From Parcubacteria group bacterium (lineage in GTDB: Bacteria > Patescibacteriota > Minisyncoccia > 2-02-FULL-40-12): a stretch of DNA of 49,925 nucleotides. Positions 1 through 10,080 of this stretch are shown here, in pieces. The notes beneath the pieces are model-generated. The model was given only the letters and a program-made list of their open reading frames with translations. It made no database searches and was not told the origin of the DNA. Where the stretch lies: the NCBI GenBank assembly GCA_016186395.1, contig JACPLU010000007.1, positions 1 to 49,925 on the forward strand, written 5' to 3'. The position numbers were made by a program, and so were the translations under genes. The stretch's first letter is position 1. Each line of letters begins with the position of its first letter.

Positions 1-2
1 TA

Positions 3-959
3 CTTTCTTCGTTTGGCCGACGAAGTCTTGCAGATTCGGTAACTTATCTTTCTGGAAATCCAATAACCCGAGGACTAGCCCAATATGGCTTAGGACTTTT
101 AATGGTTGTACAACGCGCCAGTGGCGGTAATACCACCTACTTTCTTGGTGAAGTTTCAATAACCGCCTGGCAAAAATACTTCCCGATTGTATATGCACTT
201 AAAGAACCTTTGGCATGGTGGATTTTGGTTATAACAGTTTTATTGTCTTTGACTCTAAAATTGAAAAAGTTCGACTTTCATTTAAGAGATGCTGAAAAGT
301 GGGTTAAAAATAATTTTGTAGCCTTCGCAATGCTTTTATGGATTGCCATTTATTGGATAACAAGTATCAAAAGCAATCTTAATATTGGAGTAAGGCATTT
401 ACTGCCGGTTTATTCTTTCACGATTATTCTTATTAGCGGCCAGATAGCGAACTTACATGAAAATTTAAAACTCAAAATACAAAATAGTGGACTAAAATTA
501 AAATATTTAACTTTTAATTTTTTATTTTTTATTTTGATATTTTCATATGTATTTGAAAATCTTCGCGTCTGGCCGTATTACTTAACTTATTTTAACCAAA
601 TAGCCGGCGGACCGTCCGGTGGGTATAGATATGTTGTTGATTCAAATCTAGACTGGGGCCAAGATTTAAAACGCCTATCAAAATGGATAGATAGAAAAAA
701 GATTGAAACAATACATCTTGATTATTTTGGCTGGTCTGATCCGGCATATTATCTTGGCAGTAAATTAACTTATTTACATGCCGGGCAATATAAAAGCGCA
801 GAAGATTTTCTGCGCCAAAACCCAAATGGAGGGTACCTCGCCGTGTCAGCAACCTTTTTTATGGGAAGTAAAGAAAATATTGCCGCAAGCTATGCTTGGC
901 TTGATAATTATAAACCCATAACTACTATTGGAAACTCAATTTTTGTTTGGAAGTTCTAG
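3..959 (+). CDS. Membrane glycosyltransferase (PMT/ArnT, GT-C fold), C-terminal part; 5' end lies outside the window
   Basis: Frame is open from position 3 through the ATG at 102; multiple TM segments; motifs GVRHLLP, YLTYFN and DSNLDWGQDL typical of this family. Confidence 0.75.
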   Translation, partial: LSSFGRRSLADSVTYLSGNPITRGLAQYGLGLLMVVQRASGGNTTYFLGEVSITAWQKYFPIVYALKEPLAWWILVITVLLSLTLKLKKFDFHLRDAEKWVKNNFVAFAMLLWIAIYWITSIKSNLNIGVRHLLPVYSFTIILISGQIANLHENLKLKIQNSGLKLKYLTFNFLFFILIFSYVFENLRVWPYYLTYFNQIAGGPSGGYRYVVDSNLDWGQDLKRLSKWIDRKKIETIHLDYFGWSDPAYYLGSKLTYLHAGQYKSAEDFLRQNPNGGYLAVSATFFMGSKENIAASYAWLDNYKPITTIGNSIFVWKF

Positions 960-1005
960 AAAGCCACTAGAATCTAGCCACTAGCGACTAGATTTAAAAA
1001 TTCTC

Positions 1006-1830
1006 CTACTTATAATAAATTCGGTCTTGAACTCTTAAGTCAAAATACTCTATTTTTTTGTTTTGGTCAATTTTTCCAAGAACCGCATTCATGCCTAAAA
1101 TTTGTGTTTTAATATCTACCGTCCTATCTAGAAAAATAGACCAACCGGCTACAGTTTTAATCCAAAATTCTCCAACAGTACCCTTAGGAATCAAAAAATA
1201 GTCTATTTTAAGGTTATTAAAATTTTTCAATAACTCGTGCGCCTCCAAAATTTTAGTATACAAATCCGGATCTTCAATAACTGGTTTTCCTATTTTAATT
1301 TGTCCCAATTCGTCTTTTATTTCCCACAAGGCACCCTTAACTTCCGGGGCCGGCTCAAAAGCTAGTCTATCGCGATCAAAGTAATAACAAGAATTAGTAT
1401 TATCACAATATATGCCAAATGGTTTTCTTATAGAACCGCTTAAATTTAGCATCCCATTGCCAAATAAATTAATATGAGCATCGATATCCACCAATTTAGG
1501 TGAGTCGGTTTTTAAGGAGTTTTCTAGACTTGTTAAGGACCCACTAATTAACAAAGTTAAAACATTATCCCTTTTTTTAATAAATGGTAAAAATTCAGTA
1601 TTTAAAAAATTCTCTGCTTCTTTTTTTAAAATTGGCTCGATACTCGAATCACCTACAGAAACTTCAACCCCTTTTACTTCAAAAAAACCGGCAAAAAAGA
1701 AACAATATATAAAAGCTGTTAAGTAACCTAAAAATAAAATTAAAAACCATGGTATTCTACCCGTCTTTTTAGACTTTTTCTTCCAGTTGATATTTGCCTG
1801 AACTTTACGAGGAGGAGAGATTACCTTCAA
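1006..1830 (-). CDS. FtsQ/DivIB-like cell division protein
   Basis: Basic N-tail, one TM, POTRA-like start (FFEVKGVEV), C-terminal EYFDLRVQDRIYYK. Confidence 0.6.
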   Translation of the reverse strand: MKVISPPRKVQANINWKKKSKKTGRIPWFLILFLGYLTAFIYCFFFAGFFEVKGVEVSVGDSSIEPILKKEAENFLNTEFLPFIKKRDNVLTLLISGSLTSLENSLKTDSPKLVDIDAHINLFGNGMLNLSGSIRKPFGIYCDNTNSCYYFDRDRLAFEPAPEVKGALWEIKDELGQIKIGKPVIEDPDLYTKILEAHELLKNFNNLKIDYFLIPKGTVGEFWIKTVAGWSIFLDRTVDIKTQILGMNAVLGKIDQNKKIEYFDLRVQDRIYYK

Positions 1831-1834
1831 AATA

Positions 1835-1913
1835 CGATGCCAATATACGAATTGATACTAATGATACAAATATTATTAGTATAATTCGCATGCATTAGTA
1901 TATTAGTATCGCG
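1835..1913. repeat. AT-rich imperfect palindrome built from ATAC(G/T)AAT units (copy 1)
   Basis: Left arm atacgaat/atactaat units, right arm attagtat/attcgcat units; supplies the serS stop codon. Confidence 0.8.
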
Positions 1914-3156
1914 ATTTTATTTCTTTTACTCCCATATACTTACGTAATATTTTTGGTATTACTACAGTTCCCTTTTTAGTTTGATAGTTCTCTAAAATGT
2001 TTATTAAAATTCTTGGGGTAGCAATGGCTGTGTTATTTAAAGAATGGGCGAACAATGTTTTACCATCTTTACTGCGGTATCTAATATTTAAACGCCTTGT
2101 CTGAAAATCATGGAAATAGGAAGAAGAATGAGTTTCTCTGAATCTGTTTTGAGACGGTACCCAAGTTTCAAGATCATATTTTTTAACTTGGCCAAGACCT
2201 AAATCACCGGCAGAATTAACAACCTTTCTATATGGCAATTTCAAAGCTTGCAAAATTTCTTCCGAATTTTTAGTCAGTTCTTCATGCCAACGAACCGATT
2301 CGTCATGATCATTTTTGCATAGTATGACTTGTTCCAACTTATAAAATTCATGAACTCTTAAAACACCTTTTGTATCTTTACCATATGAACCTGCTTCTGA
2401 CCTATAACAAGGAGAAAAAGCAATATATTTAAGTGGCAAATCTGTTTCTTTAAAAATTTCATCTGCATGATATCCCATAACTGAAACTTCAGAAGTGCCA
2501 ATTAAATACTGATCATCACCAAGAGTATAAATCTCGTCTTTTCCTTGGGGCAACCAACCAGTGCCAACAAAATTAAAACCCTTGGCTATTGTGGGAGCTA
2601 TCAACGGCTTAAAACCTTTTTTTGTTAAATAGTCTAAGGTAAACTGCAACAATGCAAAAGTGAGTTGAACTGCTTCATTTTTTAGAAAATACCCTCTAAA
2701 ACCAGAAACCTTCGCCCCCCGTTCAGAATCAACCAAGTCTAAATCATCCATTAAGGCTATATAATCTTTAGGTTGAAAATTGAATTTTGGAATTTTGCCC
2801 CATGTTTTAATTTCTTTGTTATCAATGTCTGTTTTACCATCAGGTACACTTGGATCTGGCACATTTGGAACTAAAAGCATCAGTTCGTTAAATTCTTTTT
2901 CCAAAACATTAAATTCTTCTTCCAAAACTTTAATTCTTTCCTTTAAGTTTTTAAGTTGCTCTAATTCTAATGGCGTTTTAGGACCATTTTTTGAACCCTT
3001 ATTTTGCTCGGCTCTCAAATTATCAGTTTGATTAATCAATTCTCTGCGTCTTTTATCCAGTTCCAACAAATGATCAATATTAATATCGACTCCCTTCTTG
3101 CGAGCCGCTTCTTTAACTAACTCCGAATTTTCGCGAATAAATTTGATATCTAACAT
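1903..3156 (-). CDS. serS: Seryl-tRNA synthetase
   Basis: MLDIKFIREN start, N-terminal coiled coil, motifs YRSEAGSYG, RVHEF, HSLNNT. Confidence 0.98.
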   Translation of the reverse strand: MLDIKFIRENSELVKEAARKKGVDINIDHLLELDKRRRELINQTDNLRAEQNKGSKNGPKTPLELEQLKNLKERIKVLEEEFNVLEKEFNELMLLVPNVPDPSVPDGKTDIDNKEIKTWGKIPKFNFQPKDYIALMDDLDLVDSERGAKVSGFRGYFLKNEAVQLTFALLQFTLDYLTKKGFKPLIAPTIAKGFNFVGTGWLPQGKDEIYTLGDDQYLIGTSEVSVMGYHADEIFKETDLPLKYIAFSPCYRSEAGSYGKDTKGVLRVHEFYKLEQVILCKNDHDESVRWHEELTKNSEEILQALKLPYRKVVNSAGDLGLGQVKKYDLETWVPSQNRFRETHSSSYFHDFQTRRLNIRYRSKDGKTLFAHSLNNTAIATPRILINILENYQTKKGTVVIPKILRKYMGVKEIKSRY

Positions 3157-3158
3157 AC

Positions 3159-3255
3159 CGCGATACTAATATACGAATGCGTGCGAATTATACGAATAAT
3201 ATAAGGTCGATTGAATCCATTAGTATCCTTAATATAAATTCATATAGTGGCATCG
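3159..3255. repeat. ATAC(G/T)AAT palindrome (copy 2, opposite orientation)
   Basis: First 42 bp are the reverse complement of 1872-1913 with 3 mismatches. Confidence 0.8.
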
Positions 3256-3275
3256 AATTAAGCATCTCTGAAAAT

Positions 3276-4736
3276 TTATTTTGGTCGCATTAACGGAAAC
3301 AATATCACTTCTCTTAATGCATGCGAATTTGTAAACAGAACAGTCAATCTATCTATTCCCATTCCAAAACCAACTGCTGGCGGCATACCATATTCAAGCG
3401 CTTCAATAAACTCTTCGTCATATGGATGAGCCTCTTGGTGGCCTTTCTTAATGAGTTTTTGTTGGACTTCAAAGCGTTCCTTTTGATCAATGGGATCATT
3501 TAATTCTGAAAAACAATTTGTCAGCTCCTGCCCACCAACAATTAATTGAACCCTCGCTACATAATCTGGACTATTTTCCAGCTTTTTAGCCAAAGGCGAT
3601 ATTTCTAGCGGGTGATTTGTAACAAAAGTTGGCTGGATTATGTTGGGTCGAGCAAGTTTTTTATATATTTCATCGGCAATATTTCCCTTGGTCATAGTTT
3701 TATCTATGGTTATTCCTAGGTCTTTAGCTTTTTTAGAAAGAATTTCTTCATCAACATCATCATAGTCAAGTCCTGAAGATTCTTTTAAAACTTCGTTGAA
3801 TGTTAATCTTTTATACGGTCCATGCAAATCTATTTCCCTTCCCTCATGCAAAATTTTTGTATTGCCAAAAATCTTCGCCGCCAAATTTTCCAACATTTGT
3901 TCGATAAACTCCATCACCCAATTATAATCTTTATAAGCAACGTAAAACTCAAGCATTGTGAATTCCGGATTATGATCATGATCCATGCCTTCGTTGCGAA
4001 AGTTTTTGGCAAATTCATAAACTCTTTCAAAGCCTCCAACCAACAATCTTTTTAAGAACAACTCCGGTGCAACCCTTAAGTAAACCTCTAAATCTAGCGC
4101 ATTCATATGACTTTTAAACGGTTTAGCCAATGCACCACCGGGAATTAACTGTAAAATTGGTGTTTCAACCTCCATAAAATCGTTTGAATCCAAAAAGCTT
4201 CTTAACCCTTTTATAACCGCTGTTCTGGTTTTAAATTTGTCTTTAACTTCGCTATTAAAAATTAAATCCAGATATCTTTTGCGATAGCGTTCTTCAACAT
4301 CTTGTAAACCATGCCATTTTTCGGGCAGAGGCATAATAGTTTTAGCAAGAAGTCTATATTTTTCAACTTCTAGAGTTTTTTCTTCTTTCTTTGTTTTAAA
4401 TAAAAATCCGTAAACTTCTAAAAAATCCCCAATATCAACTGTTTCCATAAAGAAATCGAATTCCCTTTCTCCTAAAACATCCTTTTTAAAATAAACCTGA
4501 ACTTTCTCACTCTCGTCTATTAAGTCTAAAAATACAGACCCACCGTGCTCACGTTTAGCCATAATTCGGCCAACTAAAACAATACGGCTTTTAGAATCGC
4601 TTAGATCATCAAAGTTATCCAGAACCTGATCAATCTTGTGAGAACGCCAAGACTTAGCCGGATAAGGATCAACTCCAGCCTTTTTCAATTTTTCTAATTT
4701 TTCTAACCGGGCTTTACGGATTTCTTCTAGAGCCAT
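3276..4736 (-). CDS. lysS: Lysyl-tRNA synthetase, class II
   Basis: OB-fold N-terminus; RYRKRYLDL, FRNEG..HNPEFTMLEFY, ALEYGMPP..GFGMGIDRL. Confidence 0.98.
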   Translation of the reverse strand: MALEEIRKARLEKLEKLKKAGVDPYPAKSWRSHKIDQVLDNFDDLSDSKSRIVLVGRIMAKREHGGSVFLDLIDESEKVQVYFKKDVLGEREFDFFMETVDIGDFLEVYGFLFKTKKEEKTLEVEKYRLLAKTIMPLPEKWHGLQDVEERYRKRYLDLIFNSEVKDKFKTRTAVIKGLRSFLDSNDFMEVETPILQLIPGGALAKPFKSHMNALDLEVYLRVAPELFLKRLLVGGFERVYEFAKNFRNEGMDHDHNPEFTMLEFYVAYKDYNWVMEFIEQMLENLAAKIFGNTKILHEGREIDLHGPYKRLTFNEVLKESSGLDYDDVDEEILSKKAKDLGITIDKTMTKGNIADEIYKKLARPNIIQPTFVTNHPLEISPLAKKLENSPDYVARVQLIVGGQELTNCFSELNDPIDQKERFEVQQKLIKKGHQEAHPYDEEFIEALEYGMPPAVGFGMGIDRLTVLFTNSHALREVILFPLMRPK

Positions 4737-4867
4737 ACATTCAATATAACAATTCTAAAAATGAAAGTCTAAGGTAAAAAGGCCCCGCCAGGGCTGGGGT
4801 TTGCAAAGAAAGAGAAAAAGTATTATTCACTAAATTAGATTATGGTCAAATTAACCAGAATGCTTAG

Positions 4868-5332
4868 TTATAATATCTCTAAAATCTTATAAACTATCTT
4901 GCCTTTTGGAGTCATAACCTCTACTTCTTCGTCTTTCACATGCCCCAAAAACGCTTTGCCTAAAGGAGATTCGTTAGAAACAAACCCTTTTGAAGGATCT
5001 GACTCTGACGAACCAACGATAGTAAACTGCTGATTGCCATGCTTAGAACTTACTTTGACAGTTGAACGTATTTCAACTAAAAAATGAGTATGATTCTTAG
5101 AATCTTCTTCAACAATCACAGCGTTTTTTAATGTTTCCTCTAACTCCTCAATCTTTCCTTCGTTAAAAGATTGAAGCATAATTGCTTCTTGGTATTCGGC
5201 ATTTTCGGATATATCTCCCAATTCTTTTGCATCTTGAATTTTTATTGCGATTTCAGCACGTAAATTCGTTTTTCTATATTCAAGCTCATCTCTTATTTTT
5301 TTTAATCCCTCTGAAGTAAAATATTGAACCAA
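4868..5332 (-). CDS. greA: Transcription elongation factor GreA
   Basis: GDISENAEY and SNESPLGKAFLG motifs; TTG start. Confidence 0.96.
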   Translation of the reverse strand: MVQYFTSEGLKKIRDELEYRKTNLRAEIAIKIQDAKELGDISENAEYQEAIMLQSFNEGKIEELEETLKNAVIVEEDSKNHTHFLVEIRSTVKVSSKHGNQQFTIVGSSESDPSKGFVSNESPLGKAFLGHVKDEEVEVMTPKGKIVYKILEIL

Positions 5333-5338
5333 AATAAT

Positions 5339-5523
5339 AATACTAATCTACAAATTCATACGAATGCTACGTATAGATACCATTTTACAAATATGGTTAT
5401 ACGAATAAGACTTCCCCATTCGTATACACTATTCGTTAAGTGTATCTATTTTATTCGCATACACTATTTGTAAGTGTATCTAATTATTTGTTGTATTCGT
5501 ACGCCATTTGTTGATTCGTATTA
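5339..5523. repeat. ATAC(G/T)AAT palindrome (copy 3) with internal ~32-bp direct repeat
   Basis: Same units at the ends; two copies of attcg(t/c)atacactatt..taagtgtatcta inside. Confidence 0.7.
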
Positions 5524-5525
5524 CA

Positions 5526-7394
5526 TTATTGTTTATAAAAATACCAATTTAAAACCTTTTTTACAACTTGAGCCGGAAAATTTTCTCCATGACCACCACG
5601 TTCAATAAGTATTGTAACCGCAATTTCCGGATTCTCATACGGAGCGAATACGGTTAGCCAAGCGTTGGTTGACTGACCCTTAACCACCTCGGCTGAACCA
5701 GTCTTGCCAGCAATCGGAATTGGAAAATCCTTAAGCCTCCACACAGTTCCTTCTGTTACTGCGGCACGCATTCCTTCTTTGATAATATCTAAATTATTTT
5801 TGTTAACATCCAATTTCCCCAATAATTTTGGCTCCTTAGTTTCTATAACTTCGCCGTCAGATGTTACAACTTTTTTCACAATGTGAGGCTGAAAAAGATC
5901 ACCACCATTTGCCATTGCAACAGTCATACTATTCAACCACAGTGGAGTTACTAACAAATCACCCTGTCCTATAGAAATATTATACGTATCACCGGTATAC
6001 CAGCCCTCGCCTTTTTTAGCCTGTTTCCAATCGGGTGTTGGAATAAAACTTTCAATCTCACCGGGTAAATCAATACCTAACTTTTTATCAGCCAACGCAA
6101 GTTTAAGATATTGTACTATTTTTCCAATCCCCAAACCAGATATGTCATAATAACCGCCCCCAATAGTGTAAAAGTAGACATCAACCGAATTTGCAATAGC
6201 TTTAATCATATCAACCAAACCATGAACTTTCCAATCCCTGAAGGTATAAGTAATACTTGGATCGTATTGATTTTTAACAGTAATGCCCCCGTTAGCCAGA
6301 ATTTTCTTTTTAGGATCAATAATTTTTTCTTCTAAAGCAGCCAGAGCAACCAGGAGTTTAATTGTAGAACCAGGAGAAAGTCTACCAGAAATAACCCGAT
6401 TAAACAAAGGTCTATCTTTATTCTGAAAAATATCTTTAAAGAAATCTGGATTTGATCCTGCAATAAAATCGTTGTTATCGTAACTGGGAAAACTGGCCAT
6501 AGCCAACACAGAACCGGTTCTTGGATCTTGAATTACTGCTGCAGCTTTTTTAAGACCCAATTGAGCAAGAGCGGAATTTAACTCGTTCCACAAAACTCGT
6601 TGAAGATCTAAATCTATAGAAGTGACCAAAAAGTTACCCTCTTGTGGCGGATTTGTAACCACTTTTGAAACATCGTCACGACTAAACCTTACTTCTCCTG
6701 ATTGACCGCGCAAAATCTTATCATAATGCTCTTCCAATCCGTCTCTGCCACGAAGCTCTCCAAAACCATACAAACTATCTTTAAGTAGCTCTTCTTTAGA
6801 AACCTCATTAACATAGCCCAAAATGTGAGAAGATACCTGTCCAGAGGGATATTTTCTTCTAGTGTTCTCAACCGCTATTAAGCCCGGTAAATCAAAACCA
6901 ATAATAGTTTCTTTAAGTTTTTGATCATTTGTTTCAAACAATAAAATTGGATTTTCTGATTTTGACTCAAGAACCAAAGAAGCTTTAGAATCGGTTAGTC
7001 CCAAAACTTTTAAAAAAACCTCTTCATAGCTTTTTCGATCTTTAATCCCAAAGTTTACTTGAGAAGGGAAAAAAATAATATCGTATACCACCTCATTCCC
7101 AGCAAGAACCTTACCAGCAGTATCAAAAATTAAACCCCTTGGTGCATTTAAAGAATACTGTCGATATTGATTCTCAAGAGCAAGAGCTTTAAAATAATTG
7201 CCTTTTATGATTTGGAGTTGAAAAAGTCTGGCTACAAAAAGTCCGAGAACGCCTAAAATAATAATGGAAACTATAAATAAGGAGTTGCCACTTAAAGACT
7301 TAGAAAGTTTGGCTTCGTAATTTGGATTGTAAAAAAGAACCTCTTCTGGCTCTAAATCTTCTTCTATACGAGAAGGAACAGAATATTTCTTCAA
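5526..7394 (-). CDS. mrdA: Penicillin-binding protein 2 (class B transpeptidase)
   Basis: TM anchor, APRGLIFD, STIK (SxxK), SVD (SxD), KTGS; next to mreB. Confidence 0.92.
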   Translation of the reverse strand: MKKYSVPSRIEEDLEPEEVLFYNPNYEAKLSKSLSGNSLFIVSIIILGVLGLFVARLFQLQIIKGNYFKALALENQYRQYSLNAPRGLIFDTAGKVLAGNEVVYDIIFFPSQVNFGIKDRKSYEEVFLKVLGLTDSKASLVLESKSENPILLFETNDQKLKETIIGFDLPGLIAVENTRRKYPSGQVSSHILGYVNEVSKEELLKDSLYGFGELRGRDGLEEHYDKILRGQSGEVRFSRDDVSKVVTNPPQEGNFLVTSIDLDLQRVLWNELNSALAQLGLKKAAAVIQDPRTGSVLAMASFPSYDNNDFIAGSNPDFFKDIFQNKDRPLFNRVISGRLSPGSTIKLLVALAALEEKIIDPKKKILANGGITVKNQYDPSITYTFRDWKVHGLVDMIKAIANSVDVYFYTIGGGYYDISGLGIGKIVQYLKLALADKKLGIDLPGEIESFIPTPDWKQAKKGEGWYTGDTYNISIGQGDLLVTPLWLNSMTVAMANGGDLFQPHIVKKVVTSDGEVIETKEPKLLGKLDVNKNNLDIIKEGMRAAVTEGTVWRLKDFPIPIAGKTGSAEVVKGQSTNAWLTVFAPYENPEIAVTILIERGGHGENFPAQVVKKVLNWYFYKQ

Positions 7395-7467
7395 ACGAAT
7401 AACGTTTAGTATTTAACCGCTAGTGATTTTACTGCTAGTTACTAGTGACTAGGTACTAATGGCTAGT

Positions 7468-8517
7468 TTAGAGAAACCCTTCTTTTTGTACTGAAACTAA
7501 AATCTCTTTTAACTTATCGACATCTTCCAAAACAATACCGCAACCGCGAACCACAGCAGTTAAAGGATCGTCTACAACCTTTATGGGTAATTTTGTTTCT
7601 TGACCTAAAAGTACATCTAAATTTCTTAAAAGACTTCCCCCTCCCGCAAGATAAATAGCTCGATTCATAAGATCAGCAACTAACTCTGGCGGTGTTTCTT
7701 CAATCGTGTTCTTCACTGCGCTTACTATCGCCCTCAAAGAACGCGCTATTGCTTTTCTTATATCATCGGAGGTTATAACAATCTCTTTTGGCAAACCAGA
7801 AACCATGTCTCTACCCCTAACGATAATTTCTAACTCCTCTTCCATTGGTCTTGCCGAACCAACGGCAAGTTTTATTTCTTCCGCTGTTCTATCTCCTATC
7901 AACATGTTAGACTCTTCTCTAACATATTGCACTATGTCTTGATTTAATTTATCTCCAGCAATACGAATACTGCGTGAAGCAACAATCCCACCAAGACTAA
8001 TCACCGCCACTTCAGTTGTACCACCGCCAATATCAACAATCACATTAGCTACTGCGTCATGTATGGGTAGCCTCGCTCCAATAGATGCCGCCATGGGTTC
8101 TTCTATTAAATAAACCTCTCTAGCTCCAGCATTATATACAGCATCCTCAACTGCTCTCTTTTCAACATCAGTCACGCCGGACGGAATACCCACTACAACA
8201 CGAGGCCTTGGAATAATTGTAAACGATTCTTTGTGAACTTTATCAATAAAAAACTTTATCATCTGTTCGGTCACTTCAAAATCTGAAATCACACCTGACA
8301 CTAAAGGCCTTGTAGCAATTATATGACCGGGTGTTCTTCCCACCATACGTTGAGCTTCTGTTCCTATCGCTAAAAGCTGACCGGTTTTCTTATTTATCGC
8401 AACCACTGAAGGTTCACGAATAATAATTCCCTTACCACGAACATAAACCAAAGTATTGGCCGTTCCAAGATCAATCCCTATATCTTTTGAGAAAGCTCCG
8501 AAAAGTTTATCAAGCAT
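7468..8517 (-). CDS. mreB: Rod shape-determining protein MreB (start placed at ATG 8517)
   Basis: DIGIDLGTANT, EPSVVA, DIGGGTTEVAVISLGG, LAGGGSLL. Confidence 0.97.
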   Translation of the reverse strand: MLDKLFGAFSKDIGIDLGTANTLVYVRGKGIIIREPSVVAINKKTGQLLAIGTEAQRMVGRTPGHIIATRPLVSGVISDFEVTEQMIKFFIDKVHKESFTIIPRPRVVVGIPSGVTDVEKRAVEDAVYNAGAREVYLIEEPMAASIGARLPIHDAVANVIVDIGGGTTEVAVISLGGIVASRSIRIAGDKLNQDIVQYVREESNMLIGDRTAEEIKLAVGSARPMEEELEIIVRGRDMVSGLPKEIVITSDDIRKAIARSLRAIVSAVKNTIEETPPELVADLMNRAIYLAGGGSLLRNLDVLLGQETKLPIKVVDDPLTAVVRGCGIVLEDVDKLKEILVSVQKEGFL

Positions 8518-8733
8518 GCGAAATTTGTCTATGAAGCGTAGCCACGTCTTACGCGGCAAAGCTAAATAGATACAAATGAGCAAGAACTTATCTTAGCAAT
8601 CTATATTAAAAAAGCAACAAAAAAGGCCTTTAACAGGCTTAATGGTGAAGGGTTAAGTGTCTTTAAATGCACCGCTCCCCTCTAATCTTTGGTCCTCCAT
8701 ATCGAATGAAGAATCCAAAACTCATATATTTAA

Positions 8734-10008
8734 TTATAGCATACCTATAATATTTTGCAACCCCACTAACTCGTTCTTACTCTCCTGTCGTTTTTTTATC
8801 TCAACTGAATCGTATTTCAGAGTTTTTTCACTGACAACTAACCGCACGGGACAACCAATTAAGTCAGCGTCAGCAAATCTTTCCCCTGCTGTTTTATCAT
8901 GACGATCGTCATACAAAACCTCAATACCAGATGCTTGAAGATTAGTATAAAGTTTGTTACCCTCATCAAACTTATCGTCCAAAACTATTAACTGAACCCT
9001 AAATGGAGCAACTGATTCTGGCCAAATTATGCCTTTTTGATCATTATGCAGTTCCACAATTGTGGCCATCAATCTTCCAATCCCTATCCCATAAGAACCC
9101 ATCACAACCGGCTTCTTATTGCCAGCGTGATCGGTAAAATAAAGGTTAAATGCTTCGGCATACTTAGTGCCAAGTGGAAAAATATTTCCTACTTCTACAG
9201 ATTTTTTAAAAGTAACTGGCTCACCACATTTAGGACATGCGTCTCCTGCCTTAAGCCTATTAAGCTCTGAATTTTCTGCATATTCACACTTTAAACAAAT
9301 AGCAATAGTGTCTTCCCCAACATCTGACAAAACTTGAAATTCATGAGTGTCACTTAAAGTAAAATCCCCGCCAGCGGCTACAGTATAAATAGATTTCAAA
9401 TCGCATCGATTAAAAATTTTAAAATAGGCATCCTTAACTTTTTGATAATAATTTAAAAGATCTTCTTCCGATACATGAAAACTATAAAGATCTTTCATCA
9501 TAAATTCTCTTCCTCTTAAAAGCCCACTCTTCGCTCTAGGTTCATTTCTAAATTTGGTTTGTATCTGATATGTGGCAAACGGCAGATCTCTATACGAATT
9601 GATATATTTTGCAACAATGGCGGTTATAACTTCTTCATGAGTCCAACCCAATACAAAAGAATCTTGAAACTTAAAACTTGAATCTTGAACCTTAGAATTT
9701 AGCTCATTTTGTGAAACGACTTTAAATCCTATATCAACCTCCCAACGCCCCGAAGCCTCCATAAATTTCTTTTCAATCAAGGCGGGCATAAATACCTCCT
9801 GACCATCTATTTGGTTCATTTCTTTTTTAACAATGTTTATAATATTTTGAGCTACTCGCCAACCAAGAGGTAAAAATGAGTAAACTCCGGCAGAATTTTT
9901 AAATATAAAACCTCCTTGTTCAAGGAGTTTTGCATTTACTGCTACTTCATCTCTAGGCGGTTCTCGTAATGTTTTTGTAAAAAGTTTTGAAAGTTTCAAC
10001 CGATGCAA
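8734..10008 (-). CDS. proS: Prolyl-tRNA synthetase, short form without editing domain (true start probably TTG at 9999)
   Basis: QIQTKFRNEPR..GLLRGREFMMKD, MGSYGIG, C-terminal anticodon-binding domain. Confidence 0.96.
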   Translation of the reverse strand: MHRLKLSKLFTKTLREPPRDEVAVNAKLLEQGGFIFKNSAGVYSFLPLGWRVAQNIINIVKKEMNQIDGQEVFMPALIEKKFMEASGRWEVDIGFKVVSQNELNSKVQDSSFKFQDSFVLGWTHEEVITAIVAKYINSYRDLPFATYQIQTKFRNEPRAKSGLLRGREFMMKDLYSFHVSEEDLLNYYQKVKDAYFKIFNRCDLKSIYTVAAGGDFTLSDTHEFQVLSDVGEDTIAICLKCEYAENSELNRLKAGDACPKCGEPVTFKKSVEVGNIFPLGTKYAEAFNLYFTDHAGNKKPVVMGSYGIGIGRLMATIVELHNDQKGIIWPESVAPFRVQLIVLDDKFDEGNKLYTNLQASGIEVLYDDRHDKTAGERFADADLIGCPVRLVVSEKTLKYDSVEIKKRQESKNELVGLQNIIGML

Positions 10009-10079
10009 ATATACGAATGAATACGAATTACACTAATAAAATTCGTATCATTAGTATAAATTAGTATATTAGTATCGCG
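10001..10079. repeat. ATAC(G/T)AAT palindrome (copy 4)
   Basis: cgatgcaaatatacgaat ... attagtatattagtatcgcg, same ends as copy 1. Confidence 0.8.
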
Positions 10080-10080
10080 T

